From contig JBBTQX010000009.1 in the NCBI GenBank assembly GCA_038065455.1, positions 1 through 52,425 of the forward strand: a stretch of 52,425 nt of DNA. Direction: 5' to 3'. The position numbers and the translations under genes were made by a program. Below are positions 1 to 8,532 of this stretch, piece after piece. Origin of the DNA: Patescibacteria group bacterium (GTDB lineage: Bacteria > Patescibacteriota > Minisyncoccia > UBA6257 > GWB1-50-10). The notes below the pieces were generated by a model. The model was not told the DNA's origin. It saw nothing but the letters and a program-made list of their open reading frames with translations, and ran no database searches. Position 1 is the first letter of the stretch; the number at the start of each line of letters is the position of its first letter.

Positions 1-1177
1 CAAGGTAAGCGTCGCGGTCTATGTCCTGCTCAACGTAGAGGTCGGTTAGGCGGGCAATACGGGTGTCTATATCGGCTGTCCTTGCCCGTAGGGCTTGGAC
101 GGACGCCGATGCCACGCTTTCGGCCTCTACCGCGTCTTGATCGGTCATGGACAGTAATTCTTTGCCCCATTCTTGGGGCAGGACAAAGCGGGAGAGCAGG
201 GCGGATAGTTGGGCGGCTAACGCCTCCTCTCGGATATACGGCTCCGAGCAAGGGCCGCGCTTCCTCGTACAGCGATAGTAAATATGGCCTTTCTGCTTCT
301 CGGCGGTTATGGAGCAACCGCACTCGCCGCATTGTAAAAGGCGGCACAGGGCTTGCGATTCCTTTTTTGCTTTCTGCTTTCTGCCTCGCATTTCCAAAAC
401 GCGCTGAACTTTATCAAAAAGAGTTTTGGAAACGATAGGCGTGTGCGTTCCTTTGTGTATCTCTCCGGCGTATTCAAAATCGCCGTAGTAAAAGGTGTCG
501 GTAAGAACACGCTTCGCTCTGTTCTTTGACCACACCTTGCCGCCGCCGCTTCCGCTCCGGCTTCCGGTGCGTATGCCGTTGTCGGAAAAAAAGTTGGCGA
601 TGTCTTCCAAGCGCGACTGACCTTCGGCATATAACTCAAAGGCGCGAACGACAATAGGAGCTTTGCGTCTATCAACATCGTGCCGCTTTGTGTGCGGATT
701 GTTTATATAACCGACACGCGCGGGGCCGGGATATTCTCCGCGCCGCGCTTTCGCCCTCAATCCGCGTCGCGTGTTATACGCCAAGTCGCGGACGTATTGC
801 GTCGCCATGCCGAACTCAACGGCCATCAAAAGCACACTGTCTTTTGAGTAGTAGCTCCGCTCCGGCGTTTGTATGTGTTGGATTGCTCCCTGTTGGAGCA
901 ACCAACTGACTTGTCCGTTATCAACCGGATTGCGACCCAAGCGGTCAAGTTTCCAACAGACAACGCCCTGCGCTTCGCCGCGCTGTATTCGCTCAACCAT
1001 TTCGTTGAAGCGAGGACGGCCCGGCGTCTTGGCCGATTGCTTCTCCACAAACTCCGCCGCAATCTCCAAACCTTCGCGCTTGGCGAGCGAGCGCAATTCG
1101 GATAGTTGCGATTCTATGGAGAGGACTTGCTTGTCCTCAACATCGGTACTTTTTCGGGCGTAGAGAAAATAGCTCAT
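1..1177 (-). CDS. Large serine recombinase (resolvase + recombinase + zinc-ribbon domains), 3'-partial
   Basis: Manual translation from ATG 1177 stays open to the window edge: MSYFLYARKSTDVEDKQVLSIESQ (catalytic Ser), WKLDRLGRN, GEYPGPARVGY, HTPIVSKTLFDKVQ, zinc ribbon CGECG...YYRC...C, coiled coil RLTDLYVEQDIDRDAY. It is absent from the ORF track, probably because it has no stop codon in the window. Confidence 0.95.
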   Translation of the reverse strand, partial: MSYFLYARKSTDVEDKQVLSIESQLSELRSLAKREGLEIAAEFVEKQSAKTPGRPRFNEMVERIQRGEAQGVVCWKLDRLGRNPVDNGQVSWLLQQGAIQHIQTPERSYYSKDSVLLMAVEFGMATQYVRDLAYNTRRGLRAKARRGEYPGPARVGYINNPHTKRHDVDRRKAPIVVRAFELYAEGQSRLEDIANFFSDNGIRTGSRSGSGGGKVWSKNRAKRVLTDTFYYGDFEYAGEIHKGTHTPIVSKTLFDKVQRVLEMRGRKQKAKKESQALCRLLQCGECGCSITAEKQKGHIYYRCTRKRGPCSEPYIREEALAAQLSALLSRFVLPQEWGKELLSMTDQDAVEAESVASASVQALRARTADIDTRIARLTDLYVEQDIDRDAYL

Positions 1178-1178
1178 A

Positions 1179-1233
1179 TACGTATTGTAGTATACTACAA
1201 TACGTAGTGTAGAATACAATAACCAGTTATACT
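1179..1233. promoter_or_regulatory. Tandem operator (28-bp perfect palindrome plus degenerate copy) and divergent promoter region
   Basis: TACGTATTGTAGTATACTACAATACGTA (1179-1206) is a perfect palindrome. 1179-1200 and 1201-1222 are 22-bp direct repeats (18/22 identical). TATACT at 1228-1233 lies 7 nt before the XRE ATG. Confidence 0.75.
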
Positions 1234-1240
1234 ATGGGGA

Positions 1241-1447
1241 ATGAGCAACGAGGCGCAAAAATTAGGCCGAAACTTGAAACGAATACGAACGGAAAAAGGC
1301 ATATCGCAGGGCGATATTGTCCGTTCTCTCGGAATGGACAGGGCTTTTGTGAGCAACATAGAAAATGGAAAGACGAATCCCACGCTTGCGACGATTGCGA
1401 AGCTCGCAAAGGCACTCGGTGTTAAGATTGAGGAACTGATCAAATAA
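1241..1447 (+). CDS. XRE-family HTH regulator (RM controller protein-like)
   Basis: LKRIRTEKGISQGDI...SNIENGKTNPTLATIAKLAKALGV is a Cro/C1 HTH; the gene directly precedes mod. Confidence 0.92.
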   Translation: MSNEAQKLGRNLKRIRTEKGISQGDIVRSLGMDRAFVSNIENGKTNPTLATIAKLAKALGVKIEELIK

Positions 1448-1451
1448 TTTT

Positions 1452-3143
1452 ATGACTAAGAGCAATAAATACGATAATTATACAAAGGACGAGTTAATAG
1501 ATGAGTTAGAAACTCTGAAGAAAAAGAAGTATGGGTTGGTGTGGGACAAAAAGAACTCGCAAGAAATTCTTGACGCTTTTGTAAATTGGGAGAATGTCCC
1601 AGAAAATTTTGTGCCAAAACAGTTTCCGGTTTTAAAGGAAATTAAGAATAAAGAAATAAAAACAGACAAAACTAAACCAGTAAATCTCCTGATTGAGGGA
1701 GATAACTACCACTCACTCGCCGTATTGAATTTTACGCACCAAAGTAAAATTGACCTCATTTACATTGACCCACCCTATAACACAGGTAATGAAGATTTTA
1801 TTTATAATGACAAATTTATTGATAAAGAAGACCCATACCGACATTCAAAATGGCTCTCCTTTATGGACAAGCGTTTGCGTTTAGCTCTTGGTCTCTTAAA
1901 AGATACAGGGGCAATCTTTATTTCGATTGATGATAATGAACAAGCACAGTTGCGTTTATTGTGCGATGAAATTTTCGGAGAACAAAATTTTGTATCCACA
2001 ATAATTTGGCAAAGAGCATATAGTCCCAAGAACCAGTCGCGACATATTTCTATTGATCACGAATATATTTTAGTCTATGCAAAAGATATAGAACATCTAA
2101 ATGTTCGACTGCTACCCAGAACGGATAAGATGAATGCTCGTTATAAGAATCCAGATAATGACCCGCGCGGTGTGTGGAAGCCGGGCGATATAGTTGCCAA
2201 CGAGGAGCGAAAGACTGGGCACTACATCATTACAGGACCAAAGGGAGATAAATTTGATGCTCCTGCTGGTAAACATTGGTCATACGCACAAGACAACATG
2301 CTTGAGTTGCAAAAAGATAATCGACTTTATTTCGGCAAGAATGGGAATGCCTTCCCGTCTCTCAAGCAGTTTTTAGATGAAGTACAGCAAGGACGAAAAG
2401 CTTCTACGCTATTCTTCCATGAAGAGGTAGGACACAATGACGAGGCAAAAAAAGAGTTGAAAGATTTTTTTGAACAATCAGATGATCTATTTTCTACACC
2501 AAAACCGACTCGCTTAATCAAGCAGATACTCCGGTTGATTGGAGATAAAAATGCTGTTGTTCTGGATTTTATGGCTGGCTCGGGAACAACAGGCCAAGCT
2601 GTACTCGCTTTGAATGACGAAGATAGAGGGGAAAGGTCTTTTATTTTGTGTACAAACAATGGCGATGAAAAAGCAGAACACAAAATTGCTTCTGACATTT
2701 GCTACCCAAGAATTAAAAAATCAATTTTAGGCTATAAGAAAACTAAAGGGGATACGGAGAAAGGGCTTGGTGGGAACTTAAAATATTTTAAAACCGATTT
2801 TGTTGGTTCTGACGCAAACGATAAGAACAAGCGTGATTTAGTGAAGCAATCAACGGAAATGATCTGTATCAAAGAAGATGTTTTTGATTTGATGATTGAT
2901 GAAGGTTTTGATTTCAAGATTTATCAAAAGGGCAAAAAGTTTTTAGGTATCGTGTTTGATATGAGTATGTTAGAGGCCTTCAAAAAAGAGGCGGAAAAAC
3001 ATATAGGCGATTTTTCAGTCTATTGCTTCTCGTATAATGAGACTACGCCCGATAAAGAGTTTGTCGGTCTAAAAAATAAATATACTTTTAAGCCGATACC
3101 GGCAGTTATTTTGAAGGTATATTTAGAGATATTTAAAAAATGA
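1452..3143 (+). CDS. mod: Type III RM methyltransferase subunit (beta-class N6-adenine MTase)
   Basis: LIEGDN, IYIDPPYNTG (motif IV) placed before VLDFMAGSGTTG (motif I), TPKP; its stop overlaps the res start. Confidence 0.93.
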   Translation: MTKSNKYDNYTKDELIDELETLKKKKYGLVWDKKNSQEILDAFVNWENVPENFVPKQFPVLKEIKNKEIKTDKTKPVNLLIEGDNYHSLAVLNFTHQSKIDLIYIDPPYNTGNEDFIYNDKFIDKEDPYRHSKWLSFMDKRLRLALGLLKDTGAIFISIDDNEQAQLRLLCDEIFGEQNFVSTIIWQRAYSPKNQSRHISIDHEYILVYAKDIEHLNVRLLPRTDKMNARYKNPDNDPRGVWKPGDIVANEERKTGHYIITGPKGDKFDAPAGKHWSYAQDNMLELQKDNRLYFGKNGNAFPSLKQFLDEVQQGRKASTLFFHEEVGHNDEAKKELKDFFEQSDDLFSTPKPTRLIKQILRLIGDKNAVVLDFMAGSGTTGQAVLALNDEDRGERSFILCTNNGDEKAEHKIASDICYPRIKKSILGYKKTKGDTEKGLGGNLKYFKTDFVGSDANDKNKRDLVKQSTEMICIKEDVFDLMIDEGFDFKIYQKGKKFLGIVFDMSMLEAFKKEAEKHIGDFSVYCFSYNETTPDKEFVGLKNKYTFKPIPAVILKVYLEIFKK

Positions 3144-5377
3144 TTATGGAAACAAACTTACAATTAAAAGATTATCAAGAGGAAAAAGTTGAGGAGTTGA
3201 AAGATAAAGTCAACGAACTTTTGGAATTAGATGGAAATTCGCTTTGTATATTTGAAGCTCCTACCGGATCGGGCAAAACAGTCATGGCGGGAGAATTTCT
3301 CAAGCGTCTTGTAAATCCGATTGACCGAGAAGACGGCAAGCAGTTTTCTATAATTTGGATTTCCGTCCGCGACTTGCACAACCAAAGCAAAAAAGCACTA
3401 ACGAAGAATTTTGAAAATGATTTTCGCTATTCACATTTTGAAGACTTAAGAAGCAATGTAATCGGCAAAAACGAGATTTTGTTTTTGAACTGGGAGAAAA
3501 TCTACAACCAAGACAGGGTATATATTCGTGATAATGAGAAAGGGAAAAATCTCTCAAATATCGTTGAAAATACCAAGCAGGCCGGTAGAGATATTATTTT
3601 GGTAATTGACGAGAGCCATCATACGAGCTTGGGACCAAACGCAACAAGGGTGCGTGCCGATATTGCGGCGAAAATTACCCTTGAAGTTTCAGCTACACCT
3701 ATATTCAAAGACCCCGACGCTCATGTGAAAGTCCATTTTGAGAAGGTTATCGCCGACGGAATGATTAAGAAAGAAATTGCTATCAATCCCGAATTCAAAA
3801 AATTTAAGGTGGACGGCAAGAGCAGTCGGGAAATGGTGATAAACGCCGCAATCGCAAAACGCGAGGAACTTCTGAAAGCATATAAAGCCGAGGGGAGTAA
3901 TGTAAACCCACTTTTGCTTATCCAGTTACCCAACTTACAAAAAGGTATAAACGATTTAGATAAAGATGTTTTACTTGATGTTCAGAAAATCCTTAAAACG
4001 AAATATGACATAACCGAAGAAAACGAGCGGTTGGCAATCTGGCTCTCGGAAAATAAAACGCCGAATTTGGTGAATATTGAAAAACCAGCGAATGAGGTTG
4101 AGGTTTTGATTTTCAAACAGGCCATCGCACTTGGTTGGGATTGTCCTCGCGCACAAATACTGGTCATTTTTAGAGAAACTGGAAGCAGAGTATTTTTGAT
4201 ACAAACTGTCGGGCGCATAATGCGTATGCCCGAATTTAAACACTACAAAGATCACCCCGAATTAAATAAGGCGTATGTTTTTACAAACATCGGTGTTAAT
4301 GAAATAAAACTTGGAGATGAGATAGCTAAAGAATACTTTACTATTCAAGAAGCAAAACGCAGAGACAAAGTATATAAAGATATAAACCTACCCTCAATAC
4401 ATTTCAAAAGACAAAGAGAGAAAACAAGGTTGTCCGGTGCATTTACTACCATTTTTATGGATATTTCCGAGAAGCAGAAATTGAAAGAAAGATTAGATAT
4501 TAAGAAACGCGAAATCTCTAATGAAATAATGGTTGACGGAAAAGTAATCAACCTTGATAAAGCGCGGGAGATTCAGCACTCAATAATGAGCTATCACTCG
4601 CCAGCGATGGAAATACAAACCTACTATGATCTTTTCTGTAAAGCGAGTACGGGCGAATTCGCCCCAGTTGATTCAATGGACAGGATTAAAACGGCGTTAA
4701 ACAAATTCTTCGTCAAGGCGTTTAAATTTGAAAATGATGATCCAGAATTTCATAAAATAATTCTGAATCCATCTAATATAACAAAAGTAAGTGCGTCTTT
4801 AGTGTTAGCGAGAGAGGAATATAAGAGAGTGGTTGTTGCGAAAGACGAAGAAAGAGAAATGGAAAGTCTTGTTTGGAATGTACCAAAAATACTTAGCTAC
4901 AACAGCAAGTATAAAGCGAAAAATTACAAAAAAGCGGTAATGTCTCCATACTATTCAAAGTATGGAGAATCCAGTAAGGAGGAAGACAGTAATGTTGAAA
5001 TAGAATTCATCAAGTATCTTGAGAATTCTAAAGCGGTGGAGTGGTGGTTTAAAAACGGCTCCGGTGAAATAAATTATTTTGCTGTTCCTTATAAAGACAA
5101 ACACGGCAAAATGGCGGCGTTTTATGTTGACTTCGTTGTTCGTTTGAAGAATAGAGAAGTTTGGCTATTGGATACCAAAAAAGGACAAACGGCAGAAGAC
5201 GCAAAAGAACGGGCGGAGGGACTAGCGAAATATATAAAAGGACAAAAGAAAAAAGGAAAGAAATTGTCCGGCGGTATCGTCATTCCTGTTGACGATCAAT
5301 GGAGGTATAACGATAAAGAAAAATACGAGTACAATCCAAATGACCACAAGGACTGGAAAGTTTTGGATTTAAATTAA
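3140..5377 (+). CDS. res: Type III RM restriction subunit (SF2 helicase + PD-(D/E)XK nuclease)
   Basis: APTGSGKT, IDESHH, GWDCPRA, QTVGRIMR, C-terminal FYVDFVV...LDTK; ATGA coupling to mod. Confidence 0.92.
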   Translation: MIMETNLQLKDYQEEKVEELKDKVNELLELDGNSLCIFEAPTGSGKTVMAGEFLKRLVNPIDREDGKQFSIIWISVRDLHNQSKKALTKNFENDFRYSHFEDLRSNVIGKNEILFLNWEKIYNQDRVYIRDNEKGKNLSNIVENTKQAGRDIILVIDESHHTSLGPNATRVRADIAAKITLEVSATPIFKDPDAHVKVHFEKVIADGMIKKEIAINPEFKKFKVDGKSSREMVINAAIAKREELLKAYKAEGSNVNPLLLIQLPNLQKGINDLDKDVLLDVQKILKTKYDITEENERLAIWLSENKTPNLVNIEKPANEVEVLIFKQAIALGWDCPRAQILVIFRETGSRVFLIQTVGRIMRMPEFKHYKDHPELNKAYVFTNIGVNEIKLGDEIAKEYFTIQEAKRRDKVYKDINLPSIHFKRQREKTRLSGAFTTIFMDISEKQKLKERLDIKKREISNEIMVDGKVINLDKAREIQHSIMSYHSPAMEIQTYYDLFCKASTGEFAPVDSMDRIKTALNKFFVKAFKFENDDPEFHKIILNPSNITKVSASLVLAREEYKRVVVAKDEEREMESLVWNVPKILSYNSKYKAKNYKKAVMSPYYSKYGESSKEEDSNVEIEFIKYLENSKAVEWWFKNGSGEINYFAVPYKDKHGKMAAFYVDFVVRLKNREVWLLDTKKGQTAEDAKERAEGLAKYIKGQKKKGKKLSGGIVIPVDDQWRYNDKEKYEYNPNDHKDWKVLDLN

Positions 5378-5387
5378 ACAAAATATC

Positions 5388-6647
5388 ATGGCCAAGCAAG
5401 AAATAAAAGAAATTAAAGTAGACGAGCTACATCTTTGGTCAGAGAATCCACGTGATCCTATAGACCCAAAGAGCTCAGACTTCGACATAATCAAACGTGC
5501 CATTGACGAGAATCCGAGCGATTGGAACTTGGACAAGATGGTAAAGGAAATGGGTAATCATTATGATTTTAGTGAGATTCCGACAGTGGTGTACCTTGAG
5601 GGTGTTCCTGCTGTGTTCGACGGCAACCGTCGTATCGCTGTACTCAAATATCTTCAAGACAAAACACTCTATTCGTCGTTGACCGGCAAACTCTTCCCGA
5701 ATAGCGATGGCCCTAAAGAGCTTCAAGAACTTCTAGAAATACCTTGCAATGTATGCGATAAGGACACCGCACTAACCAACATTGAACGAAAGCATATCAG
5801 TAATGGCTCGTGGGGGACGCTCCAAAGAGAGTACTTTCTACATCGTCATCGCGGACAACCAAAGAGCTTATTCCTCATTCTCGAAGAACAGACCAAGCTC
5901 ATTAGCACTCACCCAGCTCTCAACCAAGGTTTTGTGAAGGACGAAGTATTCACGGAGAAGAATCTCAAGGAGATCGGCTTTGGAGTGCAGAGCGACCAAC
6001 TCGTTTCCAACTATGACGACGATGGACAAAAGAAAGTGCTAGAGCAAGCCAGCTCACTTGTTGAGAGCAAGGATATAACGACTCGCAAAAATCGAGGCTC
6101 ACTGAAGCAGACGCTGTTGCAAAAGTATCCAGAAAGCAAAAGCACTCTTACTACCTTTGATAGCACTAAAAAGGTTGAGGTGGTAGACCACGAGTTCACA
6201 ACACCGCCAGTTCGGAGAACACCGCGAGCGAATGGACAAGAACCCGAATTTTTCGGTAAACACTTATCACTAAAGACGGGCGAGACGAACAATCTCTACA
6301 GGGACATTACCGACCTGTATTCCTACTATCGAGACAACAAGACGACACTCTCAAAGAGCTTTTGCGCTCTGATACGGATGTCGCTCCGTTTGATCGTGGA
6401 ATCGGCGGCTACTAAAAAGATAGATGATTACGTTAAGCGTCATTTTGAGGCGGCTAAGAAGCAGCTCACCGCAGACCAAAAGACCACTCTCTCAACCCAA
6501 GAAGTGGATACTGCGGCGAAACTTACCAAGCTACTGCAAGTTGGTGCTCACAAGTACACAGCTTCGGCCAACATGGAGCAAACGATGGCCATGTCCATTA
6601 TTATTGGTGCTATGCTAGAAACAACTCATTCAAAAAAGAAGAAATGA
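5388..6647 (+). CDS. ParB/Srx-like N-terminal domain protein with helical (possibly HEPN-like) C-terminus
   Basis: LWSENPR and VFDGNRRIAVLK ParB/Srx motifs; C-terminal IRMSLRLIVE...LQVGAHK; ATGA overlap with the next gene. Confidence 0.7.
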   Translation: MAKQEIKEIKVDELHLWSENPRDPIDPKSSDFDIIKRAIDENPSDWNLDKMVKEMGNHYDFSEIPTVVYLEGVPAVFDGNRRIAVLKYLQDKTLYSSLTGKLFPNSDGPKELQELLEIPCNVCDKDTALTNIERKHISNGSWGTLQREYFLHRHRGQPKSLFLILEEQTKLISTHPALNQGFVKDEVFTEKNLKEIGFGVQSDQLVSNYDDDGQKKVLEQASSLVESKDITTRKNRGSLKQTLLQKYPESKSTLTTFDSTKKVEVVDHEFTTPPVRRTPRANGQEPEFFGKHLSLKTGETNNLYRDITDLYSYYRDNKTTLSKSFCALIRMSLRLIVESAATKKIDDYVKRHFEAAKKQLTADQKTTLSTQEVDTAAKLTKLLQVGAHKYTASANMEQTMAMSIIIGAMLETTHSKKKK

Positions 6648-7492
6648 TAAGGATACCTAATAAGCGCGGCCCAAGGTCTCATGTTAGTCCTCTGCGATAC
6701 CCCGGGGGCAAAACTTTTCTATTCCCTTTCTTTGAAAAGTTGATTAAGGAAAATAATCTCAAACATATTACATATGTTGAGCCATTCGCGGGTGGTGCAG
6801 GTGCGGCTCTCGCTCTGCTGTTGGCGGGAAAGGTTGATAAAATCGTTATCAACGATCTTGATAAGGCAATATTTTCTTTCTGGCAATCAGCCATTTTTAA
6901 TTCGGAGGAATTTGCGGAGAAAATACGCACGACCCCGATAACAGTTCGGGAGTGGAAAAAGCAAAGAGATATTTATAACAATCCGAAGTCGGAATGTTTT
7001 GATCTGGGTTTCGCCGCTTTTTTTCTGAACCGAACAAATGTTTCCGGTATTTTGGACGGAGGCCTCATAGGCGGTTTGGATCAATCAGGCACATATAAAA
7101 TAACGGCGAGATTTAACAAAGAAAGTCTGATAAAGAGAATACAGCGACTGGCTGTATACAAAGACAGAATCTCTATTTTTAACAGAGACGGGATATCATT
7201 GATTAAAGACTATCTGAACAAGAAAAATGTTTTTATATATCTTGACCCGCCTTATTATGACAAAGGGGCCAGCCTGTATCTTAACCACTACAAAAAGGAA
7301 AATCACGAGGCATTGGCAAGTGAGTTGAATGGGAACCCCAACGCTTTTTGGCTGCTTACATACGATAACAAGAAGCAAATCAAATCCTTATATCCGGACA
7401 GAGAAACTCACGGATTCTCCCTCAACTACAATGCTTATAAATCCCGCAAAGGTAAGGAAATTCTGATAATGTCAGATGCTTTTGCTGTATAA
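6644..7492 (+). CDS. Dam-like (D12 class) DNA adenine methyltransferase
   Basis: SPLRYPGGK, YVEPFAGG, INDLD, YLDPPYY, LTYD. Confidence 0.93.
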   Translation: MIRIPNKRGPRSHVSPLRYPGGKTFLFPFFEKLIKENNLKHITYVEPFAGGAGAALALLLAGKVDKIVINDLDKAIFSFWQSAIFNSEEFAEKIRTTPITVREWKKQRDIYNNPKSECFDLGFAAFFLNRTNVSGILDGGLIGGLDQSGTYKITARFNKESLIKRIQRLAVYKDRISIFNRDGISLIKDYLNKKNVFIYLDPPYYDKGASLYLNHYKKENHEALASELNGNPNAFWLLTYDNKKQIKSLYPDRETHGFSLNYNAYKSRKGKEILIMSDAFAV

Positions 7493-7584
7493 GGGAGTTT
7501 CGCCGACCTGCAAGCGGCGAAAAATATAACTCTTATAACACGCGCACGGGAGGGCTGGGGCAAGTGTTATATCTAAAAGTATTC

Positions 7585-7848
7585 GACCTCCCTCCAAAAA
7601 ATCCTCCCTCCAAAAATCTTCGGCTTTCGTATTTTGAACCTCACACTACAAGCGCGCGAAGGCTAAAGCATTGCTGTTTGTATCTAATCGCTTCGCTCTT
7701 AGACAAACAGGGAACGCGCGGCGTGCCCATGAATCCGTGGTTTTTCCTCGATGAGGAAAAACAAAAATTAGGGAAAATCCCTTTGAGTTCTATTCTGGTG
7801 TCTGTATTGTACCAAACTCGCACCTATTTCCAAAACAAAGTGAGGTAA
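7585..7848 (+). pseudogene. Decayed 3' end of a serine recombinase gene
   Basis: Frameshifted reading DLPSKKSSLQ-IFG..LNLTLQARE/[~55 nt hairpin insert 7661-7715]/RGVPMNPWF...SSILVSVLYQTRTYFQNK resembles CPR LSR C-termini as I recall them. Pattern recognition only, not a search result. Confidence 0.5.
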
Positions 7849-8111
7849 TGACTTCGCACGCTCCGCGTGCGTGGTGGCTTGAAACTGCCCCGTACGCTCG
7901 GAGAAAGCCCCACGCACTGGCGAGTACGCCAGCAACCCCGAAAGAAAAACACCCTTTCCTTTTTCAAAAGAAATTGGTCGCGCGCAAATCAGAAATCGCA
8001 AACAAAACTTTTCTTTGGCGTGGCGAGTGGTAGCGAGCGGCGGCGAGCTGGCTTCCTTGGTCAGTTTCGTTCAAAAAAGGTTCGCGCATTTTCAAACAAA
8101 GGGCACCAGAA
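7793..8111. repeat. ~320-bp unit bounded by inverted att-like arms
   Basis: TTCTGGTG (7793-7800) and CACCAGAA (8104-8111) form a perfect 8-bp IR. The arms continue as imperfect IR encoding LYQTRTYFQNK (+) and LFENARTFFERN* (-). Several internal hairpins. Confidence 0.6.
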
Positions 8112-8413
8112 GTAACTTTGATATATCCTTCATGTTAGCTGAATCAAATCAGCAGGGGAAGTTATTATTTTTAGAAAATAAGGATAGTATCGGAGCTATT
8201 CTGATGGACGGTAATTTGTCGGACGGAGATAGCCTGTCTCTCGTATCGGAAATAATCAACGAATATGATTTCCCGCCAGAGAAAATAATTTCTATATCCG
8301 GCAATGATTCAATCCAAAGAGAGATGAGATATATAGGATGCGGGGTTTGTCCCAAACCCTTTTCCCTGTATGATATTCTCAAAGCCATCCAAAAAGCGGC
8401 TACAGAATCTTAA
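8112..8413 (+). pseudogene. CheY-like response regulator receiver domain, 5'-truncated
   Basis: AILMDGNL (phospho-acceptor Asp), IISISG and PKPF are present. The beta1 acidic pocket and alpha1 are missing; the upstream part of ORF 8015..8413 is island-end sequence. Confidence 0.65.
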
Positions 8414-8423
8414 TAAGATAAAC

Positions 8424-8463
8424 AAAGGCTTTTCCAGAAAAATGGAAAAAGCCTTTATTTTTT
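8424..8463 (+). terminator. Intrinsic terminator
   Basis: AAAGGCTTTTCCA...TGGAAAAAGCCTTT stem followed by a T-tract. Confidence 0.7.
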
Positions 8464-8532
8464 CTTGCTTGCATTTGAAATATTTCCTATTCTGAAATCA
8501 GCCACTTATTAACCACAACCCGAGGAGGGAAC

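Larger units (their letters stand above)
1..8111. mobile_element. Serine-recombinase defence island (left end outside the window)
   Basis: Contains an LSR, XRE regulator, Type III RM and ParB/Dam pair. The RM cargo looks more AT-rich than the core genes. The right boundary is inferred from the att-like arm ending CACCAGAA (8104-8111), which is fused to a 5'-truncated receiver-domain gene. Confidence 0.75.

Noticed and set aside
30-1163. Short ORF-track entries (30..347, 82..438, 307..678, 688..909, 826..1062, 869..1105, 873..1163)
   Set aside because: All are alternative-frame or antisense shadows of the serine recombinase frame.
8091-8108. TTCAAA...GGGCACCA as a tRNA gene
   Set aside because: No T-stem or cloverleaf can be built; at most an att core resembling a tRNA end.
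8015-8111. N-terminal part of ORF 8015..8413 as a real protein start
   Set aside because: It lies in the att-like arm and lacks receiver beta1/acidic-pocket features; treated as read-through into a truncated gene.
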